A stretch of DNA of 51,376 bases from Minisyncoccota bacterium (GCA_028697015.1 JAQVFW010000003.1:1-51376), one strand, 5' to 3'; shown: positions 30,736 through 37,889, numbered from the stretch's first letter. Translations and numbers: made by a program. The notes: generated by a model from the sequence alone, not told the origin.

Positions 30736-32269
30736 ATGCTTTTATTACTGATTTTGCCATGAATTCTATGTCCTCACGATTTAACCCGGAATTTACGTAC
30801 ACATTAAACATTCTTTTAGTAATGTCTTGTGCTATCGGACAATCCTGCTTCACCTTATTTCTAAGCAAAGTGATTTCAGTTAAAGCAAGGGGGTAAAGTT
30901 TCTTGATTGGAACTCCAAAACTTTTTACGAGATCCAGAAACCTATCCTTCTGATTGGAGAGGTATTTTGGCAGTAAACCAGTTAAGTAAAAATAAGAGTG
31001 CTCGGTGGTGGAGCCAGCGTGCTGGAATTGTATATCGGTATCTCGGAGTAAATTTCTGAATATCCCGGCGTTCAATCTCCTTTTTTCATTATTCTTGTCT
31101 AGTTTTTGCAGTTGCCCAACCGCAAGAGTAGCTTGTATGTCAGTTAATTGATAGTTAAAGCCAACGCGATCATAGTCATAAGCATCTAAATCGTGCTTCA
31201 TAATCCCGTTATTTGCTGTGGAAGTAATAATATGCGCGTATTTATCATTGTTTGTCATTACAACCCCACCTTCTCCGCAAATAACATGTTTTGTCTGATA
31301 CAAACTAAAACAACTTATATCGCCAAAAGAGCCTACATATTTGTTGTCATATTTTGCGCCGGCTGCTTGGGCGCAATCTTCAATCAAGACTATCCGATGC
31401 TTATCGGCTATTTTTCGTATTTCCTTTATTTTGGCCGGTTGGCCATACATGTGAACAGCGATTATTGCTTTTGTCCTAGGAGTAATTTCCCCCTCAATTT
31501 TTATTGGGTCAATATTAAAATCTTCGGGGCTAATATCTACAAAAACAGGCCTCCCTCGTTCTTGTAAAACCACCGAGCAATCAGCTATGTTTGCCAAAGC
31601 CGGCACAATAATTTCATCATCTTTTTGTAGTTCAAGGGCAACAATCGCACAATGTAGCGCAGAAGTTCCTGAGTTGACAGCAAATGCATATTTTTTGCCA
31701 TGCAACTCCGCCATAAGTTTTTGAAATTCAGTAACTTTCGGGCCACCATCCGGTTTTGATAGGAAACCACTCTTTAATACTGCAACAACATTCTGAATGT
31801 CCTCATCATCAACAATCGAATGATTTATTTTATCCAGAATCGCCTGTTGAATAATTTTATTCTTTACTTCATCTGGTTTTAAATTGATTTCCGGAAGATT
31901 TTTAAGGTCAATCCATTTAACCCTATATTCGCCTTTATATTGAGTTCCTGCTTGGAATTCGGGTCCTTGTCCCGTTCCAATTTGGCCATCAACGATATTG
32001 CACATATAAAAAAATTCCTGCTGGCCTTCTATTTCTTGTTTATCGCCAAGTCTTTGTAGAAAAAGTTTCTGCACTTCTATCTTAACTCCCAATTCCTCAA
32101 GACATTCGCGTTTAACGGCTTGTTTGTGAGATTCATTAGATTCTACAGCACCACCAGGTATAACCCAATAAGAATCATTACCTTTAATGCGGTTAATGAG
32201 TAGAATTTTATCCTGCTCAATGATGATAGCGCGAGCTCGCTCTGTTATTTTTTTTGAAAAATTAGCCAT
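30701..32269 (-). CDS. Fusion: Nudix hydrolase N-domain plus DegT/DnrJ/EryC1/StrS-type PLP sugar aminotransferase (522 aa)
   Basis: Nudix box GGAVESNESHKQAVKRECLEELGV. Aminotransferase part: NSGTSALH...EDCAQA...SLYQTKHV, which holds the PLP lysine. Confidence 0.8.
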   Translation of the reverse strand: MANFSKKITERARAIIIEQDKILLINRIKGNDSYWVIPGGAVESNESHKQAVKRECLEELGVKIEVQKLFLQRLGDKQEIEGQQEFFYMCNIVDGQIGTGQGPEFQAGTQYKGEYRVKWIDLKNLPEINLKPDEVKNKIIQQAILDKINHSIVDDEDIQNVVAVLKSGFLSKPDGGPKVTEFQKLMAELHGKKYAFAVNSGTSALHCAIVALELQKDDEIIVPALANIADCSVVLQERGRPVFVDISPEDFNIDPIKIEGEITPRTKAIIAVHMYGQPAKIKEIRKIADKHRIVLIEDCAQAAGAKYDNKYVGSFGDISCFSLYQTKHVICGEGGVVMTNNDKYAHIITSTANNGIMKHDLDAYDYDRVGFNYQLTDIQATLAVGQLQKLDKNNEKRRLNAGIFRNLLRDTDIQFQHAGSTTEHSYFYLTGLLPKYLSNQKDRFLDLVKSFGVPIKKLYPLALTEITLLRNKVKQDCPIAQDITKRMFNVYVNSGLNREDIEFMAKSVIKAYEIIKANNHHR

Positions 32270-33048
32270 ATTCGTAAAGAATTTTTAATATCTTTTGCCT
32301 TACCATTTTGATCAAGAATATCAATTAAATCACAACCGAATTTTCTGCAAATGTTTATTAGTTCGTGTGGATAGTAAAGTCTGATAATATGAACTACATT
32401 TTTTGCTTTACCACCTTTTTTAACTTCCCGAATTTTTGTTACACTTGTAGATGTTCTAAAATCTAAATACCGATCAAAATAAAGTTTCGTCCCATCTTTC
32501 AATAAAACAGAATCTTTTTCTTTGTAGTCTTTTGTTAAAGCAATGGGGTTAATAATCTCAATAATCAACCTCCCGCCCTGTTTTATATGCTGACACAATT
32601 TTTTTATAAATACTTCATTTTTCTTATCATTTTCCAAGTAACCCAACGATGTAAAGATATTCAATACTGCATCAAATTTTCTGGGGATTTTTTTATACAA
32701 AATATTGCCAACAATATAAGAAACAGACAATCCTTGCTGTTTAGCTTGTTCTTTTGCGAGTTTGATAAAATAATCACTTATATCAATGCCGGTTACACTA
32801 TATCCTAAAGTAGCTAAAGTATTTGAAATTCTTCCATAACCACAAGGTGCGTCTAGAATATCCTTACAATTTCTAGGTAAATATTTTGCGATTATGCGAG
32901 CTTCTTTTTTATTGCGCCCCTTCGTCAATATGTTTTCTTTCTCTTTCATATATCGCTCACCCCAAACGCTACTTTGGGCTTTGTACCAATTTTGATGACC
33001 GCTAGCTATTTTACGGATTATTTTATCTTGGTATTTGATGTAGTTCAT
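32245..33048 (-). CDS. Class I SAM-dependent methyltransferase (267 aa)
   Basis: Motif I ILDAPCGYGRIS and a downstream acidic loop. Confidence 0.8.
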   Translation of the reverse strand: MNYIKYQDKIIRKIASGHQNWYKAQSSVWGERYMKEKENILTKGRNKKEARIIAKYLPRNCKDILDAPCGYGRISNTLATLGYSVTGIDISDYFIKLAKEQAKQQGLSVSYIVGNILYKKIPRKFDAVLNIFTSLGYLENDKKNEVFIKKLCQHIKQGGRLIIEIINPIALTKDYKEKDSVLLKDGTKLYFDRYLDFRTSTSVTKIREVKKGGKAKNVVHIIRLYYPHELINICRKFGCDLIDILDQNGKAKDIKNSLRIWLIFQKK

Positions 33049-33051
33049 AGA

Positions 33052-33249
33052 TTATTTTATTAAATCATCAAGTGAAATACTAAAAGCTTTGGCGAGTTTT
33101 TTGATCGTTTCAAGAGTAGGGTTTGGGCTTTGGTCAAGTTCAAGTTTAACAACGGTATTAAGCGAAACATCTGCTAATTTTGAGAGCTTATCTTGAGAAA
33201 TGCCCTTTTCATGTCGCAATCGTTTTATATTTTTTCCAATTGTTGACAT
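33052..33249 (-). CDS. XRE-family HTH regulator (65 aa), first gene of the cargo operon
   Basis: GKNIKRLRHEKGISQDKLSKLADVSLNTVVKLE...LAKAFSISLDDLIK. Paralog of 952..1155. Confidence 0.85.
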   Translation of the reverse strand: MSTIGKNIKRLRHEKGISQDKLSKLADVSLNTVVKLELDQSPNPTLETIKKLAKAFSISLDDLIK

Positions 33250-33296
33250 AATTGTTTGCTGGATATATTATTAAAATGTAAGGATTGTGATATAAT
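33243..33296 (+). promoter_or_regulatory. Candidate promoters reading from the XRE start into the GC-rich leader and the recombinase
   Basis: TTGACA (33243..33248, overlapping the XRE ATG), a 17-nt spacer, then TATTAT (33266..33271). A second extended -10, TGaTATAAT, lies at 33288..33296. The geometry matches module 1. Confidence 0.5.
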
Positions 33297-33422
33297 ATGC
33301 GTATCCCTTCCATTATTATGTTATACGAAAAAAATAAAAATGTCAACGAATTTCAAGGGAGCTCCTTCTTGTCGCCCGCGCACGGGTGCGGTGGGGCAAG
33401 GGCGACTATTGAATTTGATAAT

Positions 33423-33771
33423 AGCCCGTCCGCAAAAAAAATCAGCCGAATCCCGAAAGCAAGCGGGCAAAAAGAAAAAGGGGTGTGGGGAAAATGAATT
33501 TTTGCCCGCTTGCCAGTCCGCCGAAGGCGGACAATGGGGTGGGGGCGTTTCCGCAATTCCTCTCGCAAGAGGAACGCAAAACAGAAAAATTTTCTTTTCC
33601 TTAATTGAAAAAAAATTTGGGGGACAGGCGATTAAAAAATGTAGAGAAAATTTTTCTGTTTTGCTCGCCGAAGCGAAGCGGAGGCGGGCGGAAACGCTGG
33701 GCGGGATTCAATCCGCAAAATCCTCTGGATTTTGCTCAAAATGGGTTCGGATTTCGTCCAACAAACACCAC
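33423..33771. repeat. Y arm, recombinase-proximal copy (perfect inverted repeat of 24162..24510)
   Basis: See 24162..24510. In this copy Y-like homology to module 1 continues further, to about 33365. Confidence 0.9.
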
Positions 33772-33891
33772 CATATTGAATTAGTCGCCTCGCTCGGGGC
33801 TTCGCCCCTCGCTTCGGCAGGCAGTTTTGCGAGCAAATCAAAGGGCTTTTTGAAATCAATTTCCAGTCGTCCCGCCGCAAGGCGGCGGTTC
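33768..33891. repeat. X arm, inverted copy of the recombinase 3' end (124 bp, perfect inverted repeat of 35409..35532)
   Basis: The reverse complement reads gaaccgccgccttgcggcgggacgactgg...gcgactaattcaatatggtgg, identical to 35409..35532. Confidence 0.9.
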
Positions 33892-34026
33892 ACGAATAAA
33901 ATTCGTATTGCCCGAAGGGCAATGAGCCGATTTTTTTCTTTCGCCTTTGGCGAAAGGCAAAGCGAGATTTTATTAAATTGTCGGTGTGGCGTTTCCTTTT
34001 TCAATTACAATTAAACAAATAATTTT

Positions 34027-35574
34027 ATGATTAAATATTTCATCTATTGCCGTAAATCAAGCGAGGACGAAGAAAGGCAGGTTTTGAGCATTGAAGCCCA
34101 GCTCGCCGAGTTAAGAGAGTTTGCCAAGCAAAACAATCTTTTTATCGTCCGCGAATATACCGAGAGCAAAACCGCCAAGGAGCCGGGCCGAGAAATATTT
34201 AATCAAATGCTTTCGGAAATTGAAAAAGGAAACGCCGAGGGAATTTTAGCGTGGAATCCCGACAGATTGGCGAGAAACAGCGTTGACGGCGGAAAAATTA
34301 TCTACCTCGTTGATAACGAAAAAATCAGATCGCTAAAATTCCCTACTTTTTGGTTTGAGCCAACACCACAAGGAAAATTCATGTTGAGCGTCGCTTTCGG
34401 ACAAGCCAAATACTACACCGACAATTTAAGAGAAAACATTTTGCGAGGAATTAGGCAAAAAATACGCCGTGGCGAACTTTCGGCAAAAGCCCCGCTCGGA
34501 TATTTCAACGAGCCGCGACTTCGCACCATTGAACCCGATAAAAAGACATTTAACAAAGTGAAAGAAATTTTGCGGGTTTTTGCCACCGGAAATTACACCT
34601 TAACCAAAATTCAAGACAAAATGTTTTCTCTTGGCTTGGTTGGCGCGAGAAGCGGAAAGAAAATGCCCTTGTCGTCCGTTGAGCATATTTTGAAAAATCC
34701 GTTTTACTACGGGCATTTTCTTTACCGCGGCGAACTTCATCAGGGAAGCCATAAGCCAATGATTGCAAAGAAACTTTTTGACCAAATCCAGCAAGCGTTG
34801 AAAGACAACGGCAAGCCCCGCAAAAAGAGAAAAGAGAAAAAGGAATTTTTGTTTTTGAATTTTGCGAGGTGTGGCGAGTGCGGCTATTGCGTAACGGCGG
34901 ACAGAAAAATTAAAAAAAGCGGCAGAGAATATGTCTATTATTTCTGCACCCGAAAAAGCAAAATTCAAAAATGTGAGCAACGCCGCTTTTTGCGGGAAGA
35001 AGTTTTAGCCGAGCAAGTAAAAGAGAATTGTCAAAAAGTTTCTTTGCCCGATGTTTGGCGGGAAAGATATTTGAATAAATTGAAAGTGTGGGGAAACGAG
35101 AACCGCCAAACATCAGACCTTTTCGCTCAAAATCTCAAAAAAGAAATTTCCGCCATTAAAGCGAAGCTGGAACGGCTAACAGACGCATATTTAGCCGAAG
35201 CGTTGGAATTGGCGGAATTTCAGCAAACAAAAAACGCCCTAATGGCGGAAAAGAAAACAAAAGAGGAAAAATTATCTGATTTTGAACGAAAAGGAAATCA
35301 TTGGCTCGAACTCACCCGAAACTGGATTTTGGAAACCAATCAAGCCAAAAATCTCGCTTTGCAAGATAATTTTTCAGAAATGAAAAATTATCTCAAAAAA
35401 ATCGGCTCGAACCGCCGCCTTGCGGCGGGACGACTGGAAATTGATTTCAAAAAGCCCTTTGATTTGCTCGCAAAACTGCCTGCCGAAGCGAGGGGCGAAG
35501 CCCCGAGCGAGGCGACTAATTCAATATGGTGGACCGTGCCGGATTCGAACCGGCGACCTCTTCAATGCCATTGA
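34027..35574 (+). CDS. Large serine recombinase/integrase (515 aa)
   Basis: Catalytic N-terminus YCRKSSEDEERQVLSIEAQ, a recombinase domain, a Cys-rich zinc ribbon (CGECGYC...YYFCTRK...KCEQ) and a coiled-coil tail. The last roughly 55 codons run through the X repeat and into tRNA-Ala, so the true C-terminus is uncertain. Confidence 0.9.
   Translation: MIKYFIYCRKSSEDEERQVLSIEAQLAELREFAKQNNLFIVREYTESKTAKEPGREIFNQMLSEIEKGNAEGILAWNPDRLARNSVDGGKIIYLVDNEKIRSLKFPTFWFEPTPQGKFMLSVAFGQAKYYTDNLRENILRGIRQKIRRGELSAKAPLGYFNEPRLRTIEPDKKTFNKVKEILRVFATGNYTLTKIQDKMFSLGLVGARSGKKMPLSSVEHILKNPFYYGHFLYRGELHQGSHKPMIAKKLFDQIQQALKDNGKPRKKRKEKKEFLFLNFARCGECGYCVTADRKIKKSGREYVYYFCTRKSKIQKCEQRRFLREEVLAEQVKENCQKVSLPDVWRERYLNKLKVWGNENRQTSDLFAQNLKKEISAIKAKLERLTDAYLAEALELAEFQQTKNALMAEKKTKEEKLSDFERKGNHWLELTRNWILETNQAKNLALQDNFSEMKNYLKKIGSNRRLAAGRLEIDFKKPFDLLAKLPAEARGEAPSEATNSIWWTVPDSNRRPLQCH
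35409..35532. repeat. X arm, copy at the recombinase 3' end, abutting tRNA-Ala
   Basis: Perfect inverted repeat of 33768..33891. It ends in the GTGG core (35529..35532), which lies inside the tRNA 3' terminus. Confidence 0.9.
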
Positions 35575-35602
35575 AGCGCTCTACCAACTGAGCCAACGGC
35601 CC
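35527..35602 (-). tRNA. tRNA-Ala (anticodon GGC), CCA encoded
   Basis: Hand fold: acceptor GGGCCGT/ACGGTCC with the G3:U70 Ala identity pair, D arm GCTC/GAGC, anticodon stem CTTCA/TGAAG with loop ATGGCAT, T arm with GGTTCGAATCC, and a 3' ACCA. Length 76 nt. Confidence 0.9.
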
Positions 35603-35614
35603 TTATAATCTTTC

Positions 35615-35642
35615 ATTATACCAAAAATATTTTAATTCTCAA
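35615..35642 (-). promoter_or_regulatory. Promoter for tRNA-Ala
   Basis: On the - strand, TTGAGA (35637..35642), a 16-nt spacer, then TGgTATAAT (-10 at 35615..35620), about 12 nt before the tRNA 5' end. Confidence 0.6.
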
Positions 35643-35656
35643 GTTATTTAAATAAA

Positions 35657-35693
35657 AAGCGGCTTTGCGCTTTGAGCATTGCCGCTTCTTTTT
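35657..35693. terminator. Bidirectional terminator between the pyrD-like gene and tRNA-Ala
   Basis: aagcggc...gccgctt stem flanked by A-runs and T-runs. Confidence 0.6.
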
Positions 35694-35704
35694 AACAGAC
35701 AGAA

Positions 35705-36601
35705 CTATTCCAAATTGGAAGATTTTTTGTCTCTTCTTACAAATAAGGTCGGTCTCAAAGGATGTTTTAAGAATATTGAGCTAAAGCTTATCGCTTTTGC
35801 TCCGATTTTTCTCAAAAAATTCATGTCTTCATAATTCCAAACACTAGGACCGATAACCGGAATATCTGATATTTCAGCAATCTCTTTAACCATTTTCCAT
35901 GTCAGAGGTTGGGCTATTTTACCGGAAACCCCTCCCCCTCCGAAATGAAAAAGAGGACTTTCTTTTTCCGGGAAAATTCTTGCCCAAGGAACACTGTTTA
36001 TTGAAAAAGCTTCAACTATATCTTTTGTTCTATAAACAATATCTTCAAAGTCATGCACTACCGAGAGTTTGAGAATAATCGGGAAACGGGTTTCTTTTTT
36101 AACCTCTTCACAGCTTCTTAAAACTTTATCGGAAACCACGAAAGAATGACTGCCAACATTGGGACAGGAAGCGTTTATTTCAAGGCCTTTTAGGTCAAAA
36201 TCGTTAAGCATTCTTGCCATAACAGATAACTCTTCCGACTCTCCCCAAATAGAAGCGACAAGAGGCCTTTTTTTTGAATCAAGCCCGGGGCCTACTTTTC
36301 GGCACCACCACTCAATCCCGGGATTAGTAAGGCCTACGGCATTTACTGTCCCATCAGAGAGAAAGCGCACAGCCCTGAAAGGGTTGTACCAACGCAGATT
36401 TCCTTTTCTCGGATAAAGAGTTATCGTTTTTATAACAATCGTAAAAAGAGTTTCGTCCAAAAGATTAAGCCATCTTAGCGGTTTCTCCCAGGCCCATCCT
36501 TTCCCATCGTAGCCAAGAGCGCCGCTTGCAGCCATAAAATTAAAAGAATGCCCGTTTGAAAGCTTTATCATTTCTTCCTCCTGTTTCTGTCTTAAAATCA
36601 A
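35705..36601 (-). CDS. pyrD: Dihydroorotate dehydrogenase-like flavoenzyme (class 1 type)
   Basis: AASGALGYDG, NAVGLTNPG, LEINASCPNVG and GGGGVSG motifs. The start may be the internal MIKLSNG. Confidence 0.7.
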   Translation of the reverse strand: MILRQKQEEEMIKLSNGHSFNFMAASGALGYDGKGWAWEKPLRWLNLLDETLFTIVIKTITLYPRKGNLRWYNPFRAVRFLSDGTVNAVGLTNPGIEWWCRKVGPGLDSKKRPLVASIWGESEELSVMARMLNDFDLKGLEINASCPNVGSHSFVVSDKVLRSCEEVKKETRFPIILKLSVVHDFEDIVYRTKDIVEAFSINSVPWARIFPEKESPLFHFGGGGVSGKIAQPLTWKMVKEIAEISDIPVIGPSVWNYEDMNFLRKIGAKAISFSSIFLKHPLRPTLFVRRDKKSSNLE

Positions 36602-36666
36602 AGAACCGACATTAAATTAACATAATCTTAAATAAAGGTAAATAAAAAGGGACTATTGCCATATTT

Positions 36667-37551
36667 CTATTTTCCACTCTCCATATAAATCACTTTTCTA
36701 TTTTTAAGCGCTTCTATGGATTTTTCTATTCTCTTGCCTAAGTTTTTTCCCAATAAAAGAGATGCTTTTTCAATGGGAAGGAATTTATAATCCTCTATTT
36801 CTTCATTTAATATCTTTATTTTTTTAATTTCCTCTTCTTTTAATATTCCTCCGAAAAAGATAAAGTGCAAATTTTCGCTTACTTTTGTTTTAGGAGGAAC
36901 AAAATCAACGCTAAGAAATTCCAGATTTTCGATATAAAGCCCTGTTTCTTCTTCAGTTTCCCTTATACAGGCAAGACGAGGAGATTCGTTCTCTTCTATA
37001 ACTCCGCCCGGTATTGACCAATGGTCCTTATAACTTGGCTTAACGATAAGAAGCTCATCGTTTTGATTGAAAATTAATACGCCAGAGCACATTCTCTTTT
37101 TAGGTAAAGAATTGTAATAATCTTCATGAGAATCATTAGAAATCAAATCTTCCTTTATTTTTAAAAAGTTACCGCCAAGAATTATGGGCGACATTGCCTC
37201 TATTTCATCTTTATACCCAATATCGGGAATTTGCTCAAAAAGATAAATTGACTTATTTAAAACAAAAGCAAACCCCATTTCTAAAAAAGAATTGCCGCCC
37301 ACATATCCCTTTATTTTTTTACGTTCAATGTTAAGAACAAGAATAGCGTCACTTTTCCTTATTTCCTCAAAGTGCTTTTTTATCAAATTCCCTTTCTCTT
37401 CATTTTCCGGCATTTCTCCTTCGCCTGAAAAATTAGCATGGTCATTGACAAATTCGGGCAAAACAACTTCATGCCCTAATTTTTTGAGCGCTTCTTCTGT
37501 TTTTAGCATCTCTTTTGAAAAAGACATGCTGCCGCAAATAACTATTTTCAT
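36667..37551 (-). CDS. Fusion: nucleoside 2-deoxyribosyltransferase-like N-domain plus Nudix hydrolase C-domain (294 aa)
   Basis: N-domain: MKIVICGSMSF...GGNSFLEMGFAF. C-domain Nudix box: GGVIEENESPRLACIRETEEETGL. Confidence 0.65.
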   Translation of the reverse strand: MKIVICGSMSFSKEMLKTEEALKKLGHEVVLPEFVNDHANFSGEGEMPENEEKGNLIKKHFEEIRKSDAILVLNIERKKIKGYVGGNSFLEMGFAFVLNKSIYLFEQIPDIGYKDEIEAMSPIILGGNFLKIKEDLISNDSHEDYYNSLPKKRMCSGVLIFNQNDELLIVKPSYKDHWSIPGGVIEENESPRLACIRETEEETGLYIENLEFLSVDFVPPKTKVSENLHFIFFGGILKEEEIKKIKILNEEIEDYKFLPIEKASLLLGKNLGKRIEKSIEALKNRKVIYMESGK

Positions 37552-37611
37552 AAAATTAAGCTTATTTTAATATCACTGCCATTGTACTCTTGCGTAAATA
37601 ATATTTCAAGA

Positions 37612-37649
37612 AAAAAAATACGCCGTACCCGAAGGTCGTGCGTTTTTTA
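37612..37649. terminator. Imperfect GC-rich hairpin flanked by an A-run and a T-run (bidirectional terminator)
   Basis: acgccgtacc-cgaa-ggtcgtgcgt with two bulges, followed by tttttt. It lies just downstream of the 76-aa gene. Confidence 0.5.
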
Positions 37650-37658
37650 AAATGAAAA

Positions 37659-37889
37659 TTACGACTCGAATTCAGCTACAGGCGTGAGCTCTTGGGGAAA
37701 AGCCCACATCTTGTGCTGATCGGCAAATTTAATGCCGTATGACGGTCCGGACTCGTCAGAAAAATTCTCGTTTTTTGAGATAACAACTCGGGCAAGACAC
37801 CCGGCCCAAGAGCTTTCTCCTGCTTTTGGCTTAAAAATAACAAGGTCGCCCGTATTAAATCTTCTTTCTGTCATCTGAGTCATTTTCAC
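37659..37889 (-). CDS. Hypothetical small protein (76 aa), compositionally GC-rich
   Basis: SD gagaggtg upstream. GC is clearly above that of its neighbours. No family recognised. Confidence 0.5.
   Translation of the reverse strand: MKMTQMTERRFNTGDLVIFKPKAGESSWAGCLARVVISKNENFSDESGPSYGIKFADQHKMWAFPQELTPVAEFES

Larger units (their letters stand above)
33365..34026 (+). ncRNA. Candidate structured 5' leader or ncRNA of the serine recombinase (GC-rich and hairpin-dense; contains inverted Y and X arms)
   Basis: No credible ORF. Promoters lie upstream on the same strand. There are at least six strong hairpins, four of which show stem differences with conserved loops or flanks relative to module 1. 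The sense assignment is tentative. Confidence 0.4.
24162..35532. mobile_element. Putative serine-recombinase integrative island at the 3' end of tRNA-Ala (module 2)
   Basis: The direct-orientation junctions at 24162..24165 and 35529..35532 share the GTGG core. The recombinase sits at the tRNA-proximal end. The island carries an accessory operon with foreign-composition genes and is bracketed by housekeeping genes. Confidence 0.6.

Noticed and set aside
33740-33775. tRNA-like or tmRNA-like 3' end at the Y terminus (…gggttcggatttcgtccaacaaacaccacca)
   Set aside because: The sequence ends in CACCACCA and contains TTCGGAT, but I could not form a T-stem or an acceptor stem. The resemblance to a tRNA 3' end is probably only the att core similarity to tRNA-Ala.
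33256-34014. A 252-aa ORF, the antisense ORFs 33353..33568, 33632..33880 and 33708..34004, and the mirrored ORFs 24128..24328, 24138..24431 and 24365..24550
   Set aside because: The reasoning is the same. The identical peptides simply reflect the 349-bp inverted repeat. The region is better explained as a non-coding structured or att-associated element.
24162-35532. Group II intron, retron or IS110-type (bridge RNA) explanation for the structured GC-rich regions
   Set aside because: No reverse transcriptase, DEDD/RuvC-like transposase or intron domain V-like motif was seen. The only associated enzyme is a serine recombinase, so the element is reported as unexplained rather than assigned to these classes.
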